A stretch of DNA of 64,000 nt from Meiothermus sp. Lineage in GTDB: Bacteria > Deinococcota > Deinococci > Deinococcales > Thermaceae. The stretch's first letter is position 1. Each line of letters opens with the position of its first letter. The translations under genes were made by a program, and so were the position numbers. A model generated the notes under the pieces. It was given only the letters and a program-made list of their open reading frames with translations. It searched no databases and was not told the DNA's origin. Positions 38,754-48,000 of this stretch are shown here, piece by piece. The stretch spans positions 1 through 64,000 of the forward strand of contig JANRLD010000042.1 in assembly GCA_033762915.1 (NCBI GenBank), written 5' to 3'.

Positions 38754-39731
38754 ATGATCCACTCCACCATACCTCCCGTTCGCATCGGGCCCGGCGAGAA
38801 GCTCCACCTGCCCCTGGGGATGGGGGGCTCGTTCTACGGGCTCGACCACGCCCGGCGGGAGGGCGAGGCCGAGATCCTGGAGGCCCTCGAGGCGGCCCTC
38901 GAGCAGGGCATCACCCACCTCGACACCGCCACCGACTACGGCGACGGCTACTCCGAGCGGCTGCTGGGCCGCTTCTTGCGGGCCGACCCGGCCCGGCGCG
39001 GACAGGTCTTCCTGGCCTCGAAGGCCAACCTGGATGAGGTCAGCGCCGGGGCCATCCGGGGTGCCATCGAGGCCAGCCTCGAGCACCTCCAGACCGACTC
39101 CATCGATCTTTACTACCTCCACTGGCCGCGCACCGGTCAGGACCTGCGCCCCTGGATGGAGGGCCTCGAGGCCGCCCGCCGGGAGGGCAAGATCCGGGCG
39201 GTCGGGGTCAGCAACTTTAGCGTGGCCCAGATGGACCAACTGGCCGAGGTCGGCCGGATCGACGCCTACCAACTGGGCTACAACCTGCTGTGGCGCTTCG
39301 GCGAGCGCGACCTGTTGCCCTACTGCCGGGAGCGCGGCATCGCGGTGGTGGCCTACAGCGCCCTGGCCCACGGCATCCTGGCGGGCCGGTACGGGCCAGG
39401 CCTCGAGTTCGCCCCCTCCGACCAGCGCTGGAGCATCACGCTGTTCCGGGAGGGGGTCTGGCCCCGGGTCCACGCGGCGGTGGAGGGCCTTAAGCAGGTC
39501 GCCGCTCGAGCCGACCTCCCGCTGGCCCACCTGGCGGTGCGTTGGCTGCTGAGCCGCCCCGGTGTGACCTCGGTGCTGATCAGCGCCAAAAACCGGGAGC
39601 AGGTGCTAAGCAACCGCGCGGCCCTCGAGGCCCGGATCCCCGCCGCCGCGCTCGAGGAGCTCACTGCCCTGAGCGACCAAGTTATTGCAGCCATCCCCGA
39701 TGAAGGCAACCCCTTCGGCTACCACCCGTGA
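38754..39731 (+). CDS. aldo/keto reductase
   Basis: DTATDYG, IDLYYLHWP, GKIRAVGVSNF. Confidence 0.92.
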   Translation: MIHSTIPPVRIGPGEKLHLPLGMGGSFYGLDHARREGEAEILEALEAALEQGITHLDTATDYGDGYSERLLGRFLRADPARRGQVFLASKANLDEVSAGAIRGAIEASLEHLQTDSIDLYYLHWPRTGQDLRPWMEGLEAARREGKIRAVGVSNFSVAQMDQLAEVGRIDAYQLGYNLLWRFGERDLLPYCRERGIAVVAYSALAHGILAGRYGPGLEFAPSDQRWSITLFREGVWPRVHAAVEGLKQVAARADLPLAHLAVRWLLSRPGVTSVLISAKNREQVLSNRAALEARIPAAALEELTALSDQVIAAIPDEGNPFGYHP

Positions 39732-39857
39732 GTAGGAATGTCGCAGGTCGCAAGCTGTAAGGAGCCCTCACTCACCGAGTCTGTATGAACCCTGGTGCGC
39801 GAGCGCACCTTGCAGGCTAACCGCTAATCACTAAACGCTAAACGCCAAAGGAGCCCC

Positions 39858-40820
39858 ATGTTCCCCGAAAGCGTCCCCGACAAGACCTTCTTCCAGCTCT
39901 GCGTGATCGTGGACGACCTCGAGCGCTACGCCGAGAACTACCGCCAGATCCTTGGCTTCGAGGTGCCCACCGAGGTCCAGACCACCCACGACTACCGCCA
40001 CACCCAGGCCCTCTACCACGGTCGGCCGATGGACGCCCGGGCCAGGATCGTCAGCTGGATGCTTGGCGGGGTGGCCTTCGAGCTGCTGCAGCCGCTGGAC
40101 GAGGGCAGCATCTGGATGGACTTCCTCAAGAGCCACGGCCCCGGCATCCACCACGCCGCCCTGCACGTCCCCCGCACGTCCCCCGCAGCCGCCTTCTTCG
40201 CCGACCAGGGCTACCGCGTCACCCAGCAAGGCCTGTTCACCGGGCGCACCGGGATGTACGCCTACCTCGACACCGACCAGGACCTGGGCCTGACCTGGGA
40301 GCTGCTCGAGCACTACGGGGGCGGCGCCCACCCCGCCCCCAGGCCCTTCCCGGCCGACCGCGGCCTTGGCACCGACCGGGTGATCCAGCTCGGCCTGGTG
40401 GTGAAGGACATTGAGGCCATCGCGCGGCGCTACCGCGAGGTCTTCGGGCTACCCGAGCCAGCCACCCAGGAGACCCCCGGCCACAACATCACCGAGGCCA
40501 CCTTCCACGGCCAGCCCAGCGAGACCACCGCCAAGCTGGCCTTCTTCGGCTTCGGCCAGGCCCAGCTCGAGCTGATCCAGCCCGACCCCACCCCCAGCGT
40601 CTGGCGCGACTACCTCGACGCCAAGGGCGACAGCGCCCACCACATCGCCTTCGGGGTCGCGGACACCGGGAAGGCGGTGGCCCACTTCGCCCGGTTCGGC
40701 ATCGGCGTCGCCCAGCAGGGCCTCTACGGCGACCGCAGCGGGATGTACACCTATATGGACTCTGAGCCCCAGCTGGGGATCATCATCGAACTGCTGGAGA
40801 ACTTTGCCCAGCCGAGGTAG
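39858..40820 (+). CDS. tandem VOC (methylmalonyl-CoA epimerase-like) protein
   Basis: Two homologous halves, each with EL.QP..HH...QQGL...GMY.Y.D...LG...ELLE. Confidence 0.85.
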   Translation: MFPESVPDKTFFQLCVIVDDLERYAENYRQILGFEVPTEVQTTHDYRHTQALYHGRPMDARARIVSWMLGGVAFELLQPLDEGSIWMDFLKSHGPGIHHAALHVPRTSPAAAFFADQGYRVTQQGLFTGRTGMYAYLDTDQDLGLTWELLEHYGGGAHPAPRPFPADRGLGTDRVIQLGLVVKDIEAIARRYREVFGLPEPATQETPGHNITEATFHGQPSETTAKLAFFGFGQAQLELIQPDPTPSVWRDYLDAKGDSAHHIAFGVADTGKAVAHFARFGIGVAQQGLYGDRSGMYTYMDSEPQLGIIIELLENFAQPR

Positions 40821-40822
40821 CC

Positions 40823-41578
40823 ATGGAGAAGCCCCTCTCGATCCAGCTCTACACGGTGCGCGACCACTTCGCGCAGGACAGCCTTAAGACCCTCAAGGCC
40901 CTCAAGCAGATCGGCTACAGCGCGGTCGAGTTCGGCGGCTCTCACCCCTGGAAGGCTCCCGACCTCAAGGCCCAGCTCGACGAGGTGGGGATGTGGGCCC
41001 TGGGTGCGCACATCCCGGTGCCCCGGCTCCGCGACGACCTGAGCGGGGTGATCGGGGAGGCCAAGACGCTGGGGTATGAGTACGTAGTCTGCCCCTGGCT
41101 CCCGCCCGAGGGGCGCGGTGCGGAGGCCTACCGGGCCTTGTTGCCGCTGCTGGCCGAGGTCGGCCGGGTCTGCCGTTCAGAGGGCCTGATCTTCGCCTAC
41201 CACAACCACGACTTCGAGCTCTACCCGGTCTTCGGTCCGCAGAACGCCCTCGAGTTCTTCGCCGAGCGCCTCGAGCCCGGCCTGATGGCCTTCGAGCTCG
41301 ACGTCTACTGGGCCGCCTACGCCGGGGTGGAGCCGGTGAAATTCCTCGAGGCCTTCGCGGGCCGCGCCCCGCTGCTGCACTGCAAGGACATGACGCGGGA
41401 CGACTCCCGCACCTTCGCCGAGGTCGGCTCGGGCCGCCTCGACTTCCCCGCTGTCCTGAGGTCGGCGGAGGCCCTGGGGATGCGATGGGCGGTGGTCGAG
41501 CAGGACACTTGCAAGGGCGACCCCCTCGACTCCGCCGCCTCGAGCTTCCGCTACCTGCGCACCCAGGGCCTGGGCTGA
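40823..41578 (+). CDS. sugar phosphate isomerase/epimerase (IolE/AP-endonuclease-2 TIM barrel)
   Basis: IQLYTVR, YHNHDFE, ELDVYW, LHCKD, VEQD. Confidence 0.88.
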   Translation: MEKPLSIQLYTVRDHFAQDSLKTLKALKQIGYSAVEFGGSHPWKAPDLKAQLDEVGMWALGAHIPVPRLRDDLSGVIGEAKTLGYEYVVCPWLPPEGRGAEAYRALLPLLAEVGRVCRSEGLIFAYHNHDFELYPVFGPQNALEFFAERLEPGLMAFELDVYWAAYAGVEPVKFLEAFAGRAPLLHCKDMTRDDSRTFAEVGSGRLDFPAVLRSAEALGMRWAVVEQDTCKGDPLDSAASSFRYLRTQGLG

Positions 41579-41635
41579 CCAGGCGTTTGGGTGACAGCCA
41601 ACCTTTGTCGGCTGGGTTCGAGCTAAAGTGCGCCT

Positions 41636-42424
41636 ATGCGCCTGGTCAGCCTGACCTGCTCCAACACCGAGATCGTCTGGTCGCTGGGGCTAACCGACTG
41701 GCTGGTGGGGGTGGACTCCAACTCGGACTTTCCCGCCGAGGTCGCCCACCTTCCCAGGGTCGGCCCCGATCTTCAGGTCGACCTGGACAAGGTGGAGTCG
41801 CTGCGCCCCGACCTGGTGCTGGCCAGCCTGAGTGTGCCGGGCATGGAGCAGGTGGTGGAGGGCCTCGTTCGCCGCCGCATCCCTCACGTGGTGCTCGACC
41901 CGCAGACCTTGAGCGAGGTGTACGCCGACATCGCCAGGGTCGCCGCACTCCTGGGCGCCGAGCGGCAGGGCGGGCACGTGGTGCGGGCCATGAAGTGGAT
42001 GATCGCCCAGGCCAGGGGTCAGCTCCCCAGCTGGGTCAGGCCGCCCAGGGTGATGGTGGAGTGGTGGCCCAGGCCGGTCATCGCCGCCTGCCGCGACTCC
42101 TGGGTGACCCAGATGCTGGGGGTGCTGGGCGCCGAGAACGCCTTGGCCCACATCCCCGCCCGCTCGAGGCCGCTCACGCCGGGGGAAGTCGAGTCCGCCC
42201 GGCCCGACCTGATCACCGTCTCGTGGTGCGGGGTGAAGAGGCTGCGCCCCGAGGTCGTCATGGGCTGCAACCTGGACATCCCGGCCATCCGAAACCGCCA
42301 GGTCTTCGCCCTCGAGGAGGCCTACCTGGGCCGCCCGGGTCCGCGCCTGGCCGAGGGGGTCAAGCGGCTCTCGGACCTGCTGCTGCACGTCCCGGTTTGG
42401 CACACCACAGAGGCGGCTGACTGA
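41636..42424 (+). CDS. BtuF-like helical-backbone (cobalamin/metal) binding protein
   Basis: RLVSL..SNTEI...LG...LVGV; RPGPRLAEG; no signal peptide. Confidence 0.8.
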   Translation: MRLVSLTCSNTEIVWSLGLTDWLVGVDSNSDFPAEVAHLPRVGPDLQVDLDKVESLRPDLVLASLSVPGMEQVVEGLVRRRIPHVVLDPQTLSEVYADIARVAALLGAERQGGHVVRAMKWMIAQARGQLPSWVRPPRVMVEWWPRPVIAACRDSWVTQMLGVLGAENALAHIPARSRPLTPGEVESARPDLITVSWCGVKRLRPEVVMGCNLDIPAIRNRQVFALEEAYLGRPGPRLAEGVKRLSDLLLHVPVWHTTEAAD

Positions 42425-42442
42425 TCGCTCTACCCTCTACCC

Positions 42443-42745
42443 ATGCCCGCCCTACCGCTCAAGGCCGTCACCTACTGGGTTCGCCCCGCCCGGGGGGCCA
42501 GCCTGCCCGACTCGAGTGCCCCTCTGGAGCACCTCCTGCGGGCCTTCTACGCCGCTTTCCCCGAGTACGACCAGGCCCTAAAGTTCAGCCAATTCGCCCG
42601 CGTCCCCCACTACGTCTTCGTCTACGCGGCGGGCGAATGCACCGGCCTGCTGCCGGAGGCCGGGGCCTACCTGCGCGATCTGCTCGAGGCCGCCTTCCCC
42701 GGCGCAGAGGTGCGGGTGTATGGGAAGCCCTGGGCGGAGGTCTAA
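42443..42745 (+). CDS. hypothetical protein
   Basis: GC3-biased ORF directly after the btuF-like gene. Confidence 0.6.
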   Translation: MPALPLKAVTYWVRPARGASLPDSSAPLEHLLRAFYAAFPEYDQALKFSQFARVPHYVFVYAAGECTGLLPEAGAYLRDLLEAAFPGAEVRVYGKPWAEV

Positions 42746-42836
42746 TTGCGTTTCCCACCCTTACCTCCCTCGCGGCGGCAGGTAATGTACTCCCTACAGA
42801 GGTTTTTGCTGTAGGGAGTATACGTGGGAACCGCTC
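42746..42836 (+). mobile_element. MITE-like family A, copy 5
   Basis: TAA|TTGCGTTTCCCAC...GTGGGAACCGCTC|TAA; the left TAA is the stop codon of the upstream ORF. Confidence 0.85.
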
Positions 42837-42849
42837 TAAGGGTCTCGAT

Positions 42850-42947
42850 AGTTAAACTGCGATATGCCGCCCCAAAGCGCCCGTGGGATTGCGCCCGGAA
42901 CGCAACAGCTGCCCCCTCAGATCTCGCAGATTCACCCTGGCGCAACC
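42850..42947 (+). repeat. family B element
   Basis: AGTTAAACTGCGATATGCCGCCC...GGGATTGCGCCC...CACCCTGGCGCAACC|TAG. Confidence 0.7.
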
Positions 42948-42989
42948 TAGGGGGCAGAGGGCAAAGGGCAGAGGGTCAAAAGCCAAGAG

Positions 42990-44369
42990 CTATCCGCTAA
43001 CCGCCTCCCGTTCGATCACCTCGAGCATCCCCGCCACGCTGGTCACCTTGACCCTGGGGCGGCCCTGGGCCTGGCCCTGCGCGGTCTCGTGGGCGTCCAG
43101 CTTGAGCCAGTCGGCGAAGCTGATGAAGCGCACCCCCCTGGCCTCGAGCAACCTCCCGATGTGCTCCGGCGACTGGGGGGCCAGGCGCAGACTGGGCGCG
43201 TCCTCGAGCAGCAGCTTCACCGTGTCGGCGGCGTCGGCTTTGTTGGTCCCGATGACCCCGCTGGGGCCCCGCTTGATCCAGCCTGCGGTGTACTCCCCCG
43301 CCACCGGCTGCCCGTTTTCAGTGACGCGCCCGCCGACGTTGGGAATCACGCCCCGGCGGCCGTCAAAGGGCACGTCGGCGAGGGCCAGGCCCTTGTAGCC
43401 CACCGAGCGCAGCACCATCCCCACCTCGAGGGTCTCGAACTCGCCCGTCCCCACCGCGTTCAGGCTCTCGTCGAGTCGGTTCTTCTCGAGCCTGATCTGC
43501 TGCACCCTGCCCTCCCCGATCAGCTCGACGGGGGAGACCAGGAAGCGGATGTGGACGCGGCGCGGCTTGCCCTCTAGCGGCTTGGCGGCGAACTCGCGCA
43601 GAATCTTGAGGTTCTTGAGCATCGGCGGGTCGCCGGCGATGGAGGCGGCGCTCTTCTCGTCGAGCTCGAGTTCGGCAGCGCTCACCACGACATCGGCGTT
43701 GGCCAGCTCGCCCAGCTCGCGCAGCTCTTTGGTGGTGAACTTGGCCTGGGCCGGGCCGCGCCGCCCCAGCATGTAGATGTCGGTGACCTGGCTGTGCTCG
43801 AGCAGGGCCAGGGCGTGGTCGGCAATGTCGCTCTTGCCGAGCTCCGCCGCCGACTTGGCCAGCACACGGGTCACGTCCACCGCCACGTTCCCCATCCCCA
43901 CCACCGCCACGCCCCGCACGCCCTGCACGGGCGGGGTACGGTGCTCGTACTCGGGGTGGCCGTTGTACCAGGCCACGAACTCGGTAGCCGAGAGGCTGCC
44001 CGGCAGGTCCTCACCCGGCACGCCGAGGTGGCGGTCGGAGGAGGCCCCGACGGTGAACACCACGGCATCGTAGTGGGCCTCGAGGTCGGCGCGGGTGAGC
44101 TGGGTGCCGTACTCCACGTTGCCGAAGAAGCGCACCCGGGGGTCCTGCAGGGTTTTCTGCATGACCTTGGTCACCGACTTGATGGTCTGGTGGTCGGGCG
44201 CGACTCCATAGCGCACCAGGCCGTAGGGGGTGGGGAGCTTGTCGAACACGTCGACGCGCACCGGGGTCTCGGTCTGCTTGATCAGGGCCTCGGCGGAGTA
44301 GATGCCCGAGGGGCCGGAGCCGATCACCGCCACCCGCAATGGGCGCTCGTCACTAAAGATGTTGCTCAT
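42990..44369 (-). CDS. ferredoxin-NADP+ reductase, adrenodoxin-reductase (FprA) type
   Basis: GSGPSG, PYGLVRYGVAPDH, GMGNVAVD, GWIKRGPSGVIGTN. Confidence 0.92.
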   Translation of the reverse strand: MSNIFSDERPLRVAVIGSGPSGIYSAEALIKQTETPVRVDVFDKLPTPYGLVRYGVAPDHQTIKSVTKVMQKTLQDPRVRFFGNVEYGTQLTRADLEAHYDAVVFTVGASSDRHLGVPGEDLPGSLSATEFVAWYNGHPEYEHRTPPVQGVRGVAVVGMGNVAVDVTRVLAKSAAELGKSDIADHALALLEHSQVTDIYMLGRRGPAQAKFTTKELRELGELANADVVVSAAELELDEKSAASIAGDPPMLKNLKILREFAAKPLEGKPRRVHIRFLVSPVELIGEGRVQQIRLEKNRLDESLNAVGTGEFETLEVGMVLRSVGYKGLALADVPFDGRRGVIPNVGGRVTENGQPVAGEYTAGWIKRGPSGVIGTNKADAADTVKLLLEDAPSLRLAPQSPEHIGRLLEARGVRFISFADWLKLDAHETAQGQAQGRPRVKVTSVAGMLEVIEREAVSG

Positions 44370-44486
44370 AGGCTTATCCTCTCACACGCTGTCGGGGATG
44401 GTTGACCTCTGGGGCCGAACCTTAAGGCTGAATACTAACCCATAAACCCGGTTTATTGGTATACCAAACACTGGCGGCGTTTTGTG

Positions 44487-44515
44487 TTGACACTCCAGAG
44501 GTCGGGTGATACCCT
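44487..44515 (+). promoter_or_regulatory. tRNA promoter
   Basis: TTGACA-17bp-TACCCT. Confidence 0.7.
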
Positions 44516-44545
44516 TTTGGTTGCGCTCGTGAGGGTGCGGGTTTC

Positions 44546-44620
44546 GGGCAGTTAGCTCAGCGGTAGAGCACTCCCTTCACACGGGAGGGGTCGTAGGTTC
44601 AAATCCTATACTGCCCACCA
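44546..44620 (+). tRNA. tRNA-Val(CAC)
   Basis: Acceptor stem GGGCAGT/ACTGCCC, anticodon arm CTCCC-TTCACAC-GGGAG, GGTTCAAATCC T-arm and encoded CCA. Confidence 0.97.
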
Positions 44621-44775
44621 TCAGCGAATGCCGTCAGCAAGGCCGTTTCTGTGCAGATGTCACAGGCCACGCTGGCGGCTTTTTCTATGCTGGGGAGCAG
44701 TAGTCCTCGCACGCCACAGAACGCCCCAGTAAGCCGGGCTTCTTTCTGGACCCCTCGCAGCGGAGGAGGCCGGAC

Positions 44776-45000
44776 ATGCCGAAGACGAAGGGCCGGGGCA
44801 ACGGGGAAGGCGGCATCTACCTGGATAAGAGTAAGGGGCGCTACTTCGGGGCGGTTACAGTCGCGGTGGACCCGGTCACCCAACGCCCGACGGCGCGGGT
44901 GAAAGTGTCCGACCGTACCCGCGAGGAGGTTGCCCAGAAGATCGCCGAGCTGCTGGTCCGCCACAACCGGGGCGAGCTGGCGGCCGGTGAACTCCATCAG
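44776..45000 (+). pseudogene. tyrosine integrase N-terminal remnant
   Basis: GGAGG RBS; RGNGEGGIY...GRY...RTREEV..K..EL arm-binding-domain pattern; no catalytic domain follows; lies directly downstream of a tRNA. Confidence 0.75.
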
Positions 45001-45066
45001 CCGACCCTCGTCGCGCAGCCCGACCAACGCCGCCGTATCGGCCTGTTCCCAAGACGGCTGTTCGGC

Positions 45067-48000
45067 TCAGGGCTGGAGCAGCGGCAGCCGCACGACCGCG
45101 GTGGTGCCGCGCCCGGGCTGGCTCTCGAGCCGTATCTCCCCGCCGTGCATCTGCACAATGGACTTGGCGATCGAGAGGCCCAGGCCGGTACCTCCAGGGT
45201 CGGGGCCGCGGCGGCGGGCCGGGTCGACGCGGAAGAAGCGCTCGAAGACGAGGGGCAGGTCTTCAGGGGAGATTCCCACCCCGGTGTCGGCCACCCGGAA
45301 CTCGGCCCAGCCGCCCTCAGCGTCGGCCTCGAGGGCCACCCGTATCTCGCCCCCCGGAGGGCTGTACTTGAGAGCGTTCTCAAGCAACTGCAGCGCGAGC
45401 TGCTTGAGCCGGTCGGGGTCGCCCCAGAGCCACAGCCGCTCGGGCAGGGTGGCCTTCAGGTCATGGGCGGCGGCCAGGGGCCCCACGTCGGCGCAGGCCG
45501 AGCGCAGCAGCGCGGCTAGGTCGAGGGCCCTGGGGCGTAGCCCGGCCCCGGCGTCGCCCCGCGCCAGGGCCAGCATGTCGTTGACCAGCCGCCCCAGGCG
45601 TTGGGCCTCGCGGCTTACCTCGGCCAGGGCCTCCTCGCGGTCGGCCTTCCTCATCCCCCTGAAGCGGGTGAGCAGCTCGAGGTTGCCCTGGATGGCGGTT
45701 AGGGGGGCGCGCAGCTCATGGGCGGCGTCGTTGACGAAGCGCTTCTGGCTCTCAGCGAGGCGGCGGTAGCGCTCCTCGGAGGCCCGCAGCCCCTCCTCGG
45801 TCCGCTTGCGCTCGGTGATGTCCTGCGTCACCCCCACTGCCCGTTGAAGCCGGCCCTCGGGGCCACGCAAAAGCAGGCCGTGCAGCGCCCAGGCCCGCCC
45901 GTCCGTCCCGCGGAACTCCACGGCGTGGATGTCCCGGCCCGTCTCGACGGCTTGGGCGTAGGCCTCGAGCACCCGCCCCCGGTCGGCCTCGTGGATGAAG
46001 AAGCTGGCGCTCCCCGCGTCTCGCGGCATCTCCTCCTCGTTCACCCCCAGCAGCCGCGCGGCGTTGTGCGACCAGATTACCCGGCCCGAGTCCGCGTCCA
46101 TGTCCCAGGCGAACATCCCGGCCACGTCAGTGGCCAGCCGCAACCGCTCCTCCGAGGCCTGCACGGCTTCTTCAGCCTGTTTGCGCTCGGTGATGTCGGC
46201 GCTGGTGCCCACGAAGCCCAGATACTCCCCGGACTCGGTCAGGCGGGGTCGGCCCCACGACTCCAGCCAGCGCCACTCCCCGCCCCGCTTCACCCGCACC
46301 TCCGCGTGGAAAGGCCGGCGGCCCCGCACGCAGTCCAGGAACTCGCCCACGTAGGCCGCGGTGTCGTCGGGGTGGGTGAGCATCCGCCAGCCCTCGCCCC
46401 GGGTCTGCTCGAGGGTCACGCCGAAGTACTCGCAGAAGGCTTGGTTGACGAACTCCCGGCGGCCCTCGGCGTCGTGCACCCACACCAGCAGGGGCAGGCC
46501 GTCGGCCGTGGCCCGGAAGCGGGCCTCGCTCTCGCGCAGGGCCTCCTCGGCCTGCCTGAGGTGGGTGACATCCTGGAGGGTTCCGTACAGCTTCACCGCC
46601 GTGCCCGAGGGGTCGCGCACCTCCTCCCCGATGCCACTGATCCACTTCTCGCCCGCCGGGGTGAGGACACGGTATTCGACGGTGACAGCCCGGCCCTGGC
46701 GGCGGGCCTGCTCGGTGGCGGCGGCTACGCGCCTGCGGTCGTCGGGGTGGATGAGCGACATGATGTCGTACACCGACTGCCTGTCCGGGCCTTTCTGTAC
46801 GCCTAGCAGCTCGTACATGTACTCCGACCACTCCACCGCGTTGGTGGCCAAGTCCCAGACCCAGCTACCGGTTTTTGACACCCTCTGGGCCTCGCGCAGC
46901 CGCCGCTCGCTCTCTTGCAGCGCTTCCTCGGCCCGCTTGCGCTCGGTGACGTCGAGGTTGACCCCGGTCATCCGGGTCACCCGGCCCTCGGCGTCGCGGT
47001 GCAAGCGGGCGCGGCTGGACACCCAGCGCTCCTCGCCGCCGGGGAGCACAATGCGGAACTCGTCCTCGACGTACTCCTGGCCGCCCTGGGTGGCCAGGGC
47101 GGCGCGGGCTCGGATCAGCGGCAGGTCGTGGGGGTGGACCCGGTCGGAGAAGTCGTCCGCCGGCCTCACCGGCCGGTGGGGCAGCCCGAACAGCGCGGAC
47201 ATCCCGGGCGACCAGTGCTCGACGCCGCTGGCCAGGTCCAGATCCCAAGCCCCCATCCGGGCCGAGGCCAGCGCCAGCTGCAGCCGCTCCTCGCTCTCCT
47301 TGAGCCGCGCCTCGACGCGGGCGCGCTCGAGGCGCGGGTAGACCAGCGCGGCAACCTCCATCAGCAGCCCCACCTCGCGGTCGCGCCAGGGGCGGGGCCG
47401 GTCCTGCTGGGCGCTGAGGACGAAACGCCCGCGCCCGCCGCTGGCGTAGGGGGCGTTGACCAGCGCCCGGATGCCCAGCGCTTCAAAGCCCTCGGTGGCC
47501 TCCTCCGGCCTCTCGCTCGAGCGCACGTCGGGGATCACCACCGGCTCGCCCCCGCCCAGGCGGCGGCGCTCCTCCAGGGTGTGGAATTCGGTCAGCCGGT
47601 AGGACTCTAGCAGCGCGGCGGGGCCCTCGGGGCGGCTGTTGTGGAAGACGGTGGCGGTGCTGGCCGCCTCGTCGATCTCCACGAACAGGCACTGTGACAG
47701 GCCCAGGTGCCGCACCGTGAGCGCCCCCGCCTCGAGGGCGATCTCTGCGGCCCCCCCCAGCGGGGCCAGCGCGTCTCGCATCCCGGTCAGGAACGCCTGG
47801 TCGGCGCGGCGGCGCCGGTCGTCGGTCACGTCGCGCGAGACCCCCACCACCCCCACCACCCGGCCTGCCCCGTCGCGCAGTGGGGCCTTGAAGGACTGGA
47901 AGACCATCGGGTCGGCGGGGTCGCCGAACTCCTCCTCGACCAACTCGGCCCGGCCGGTGGCCATCACCCGCGCGTCGTTCTCCCGCACCCTCTGGGCCTG

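Noticed and set aside
41580..41635. Cobalamin riboswitch before the btuF-like gene (also checked upstream of pduO)
   Set aside because: The spacers are too short and no B12-box was recognised
44776..45519. 247-aa ORF as an intact integrase
   Set aside because: Only the first ~75 aa look integrase-like; the rest is antisense to the kinase and lacks the catalytic R-H-R-Y residues
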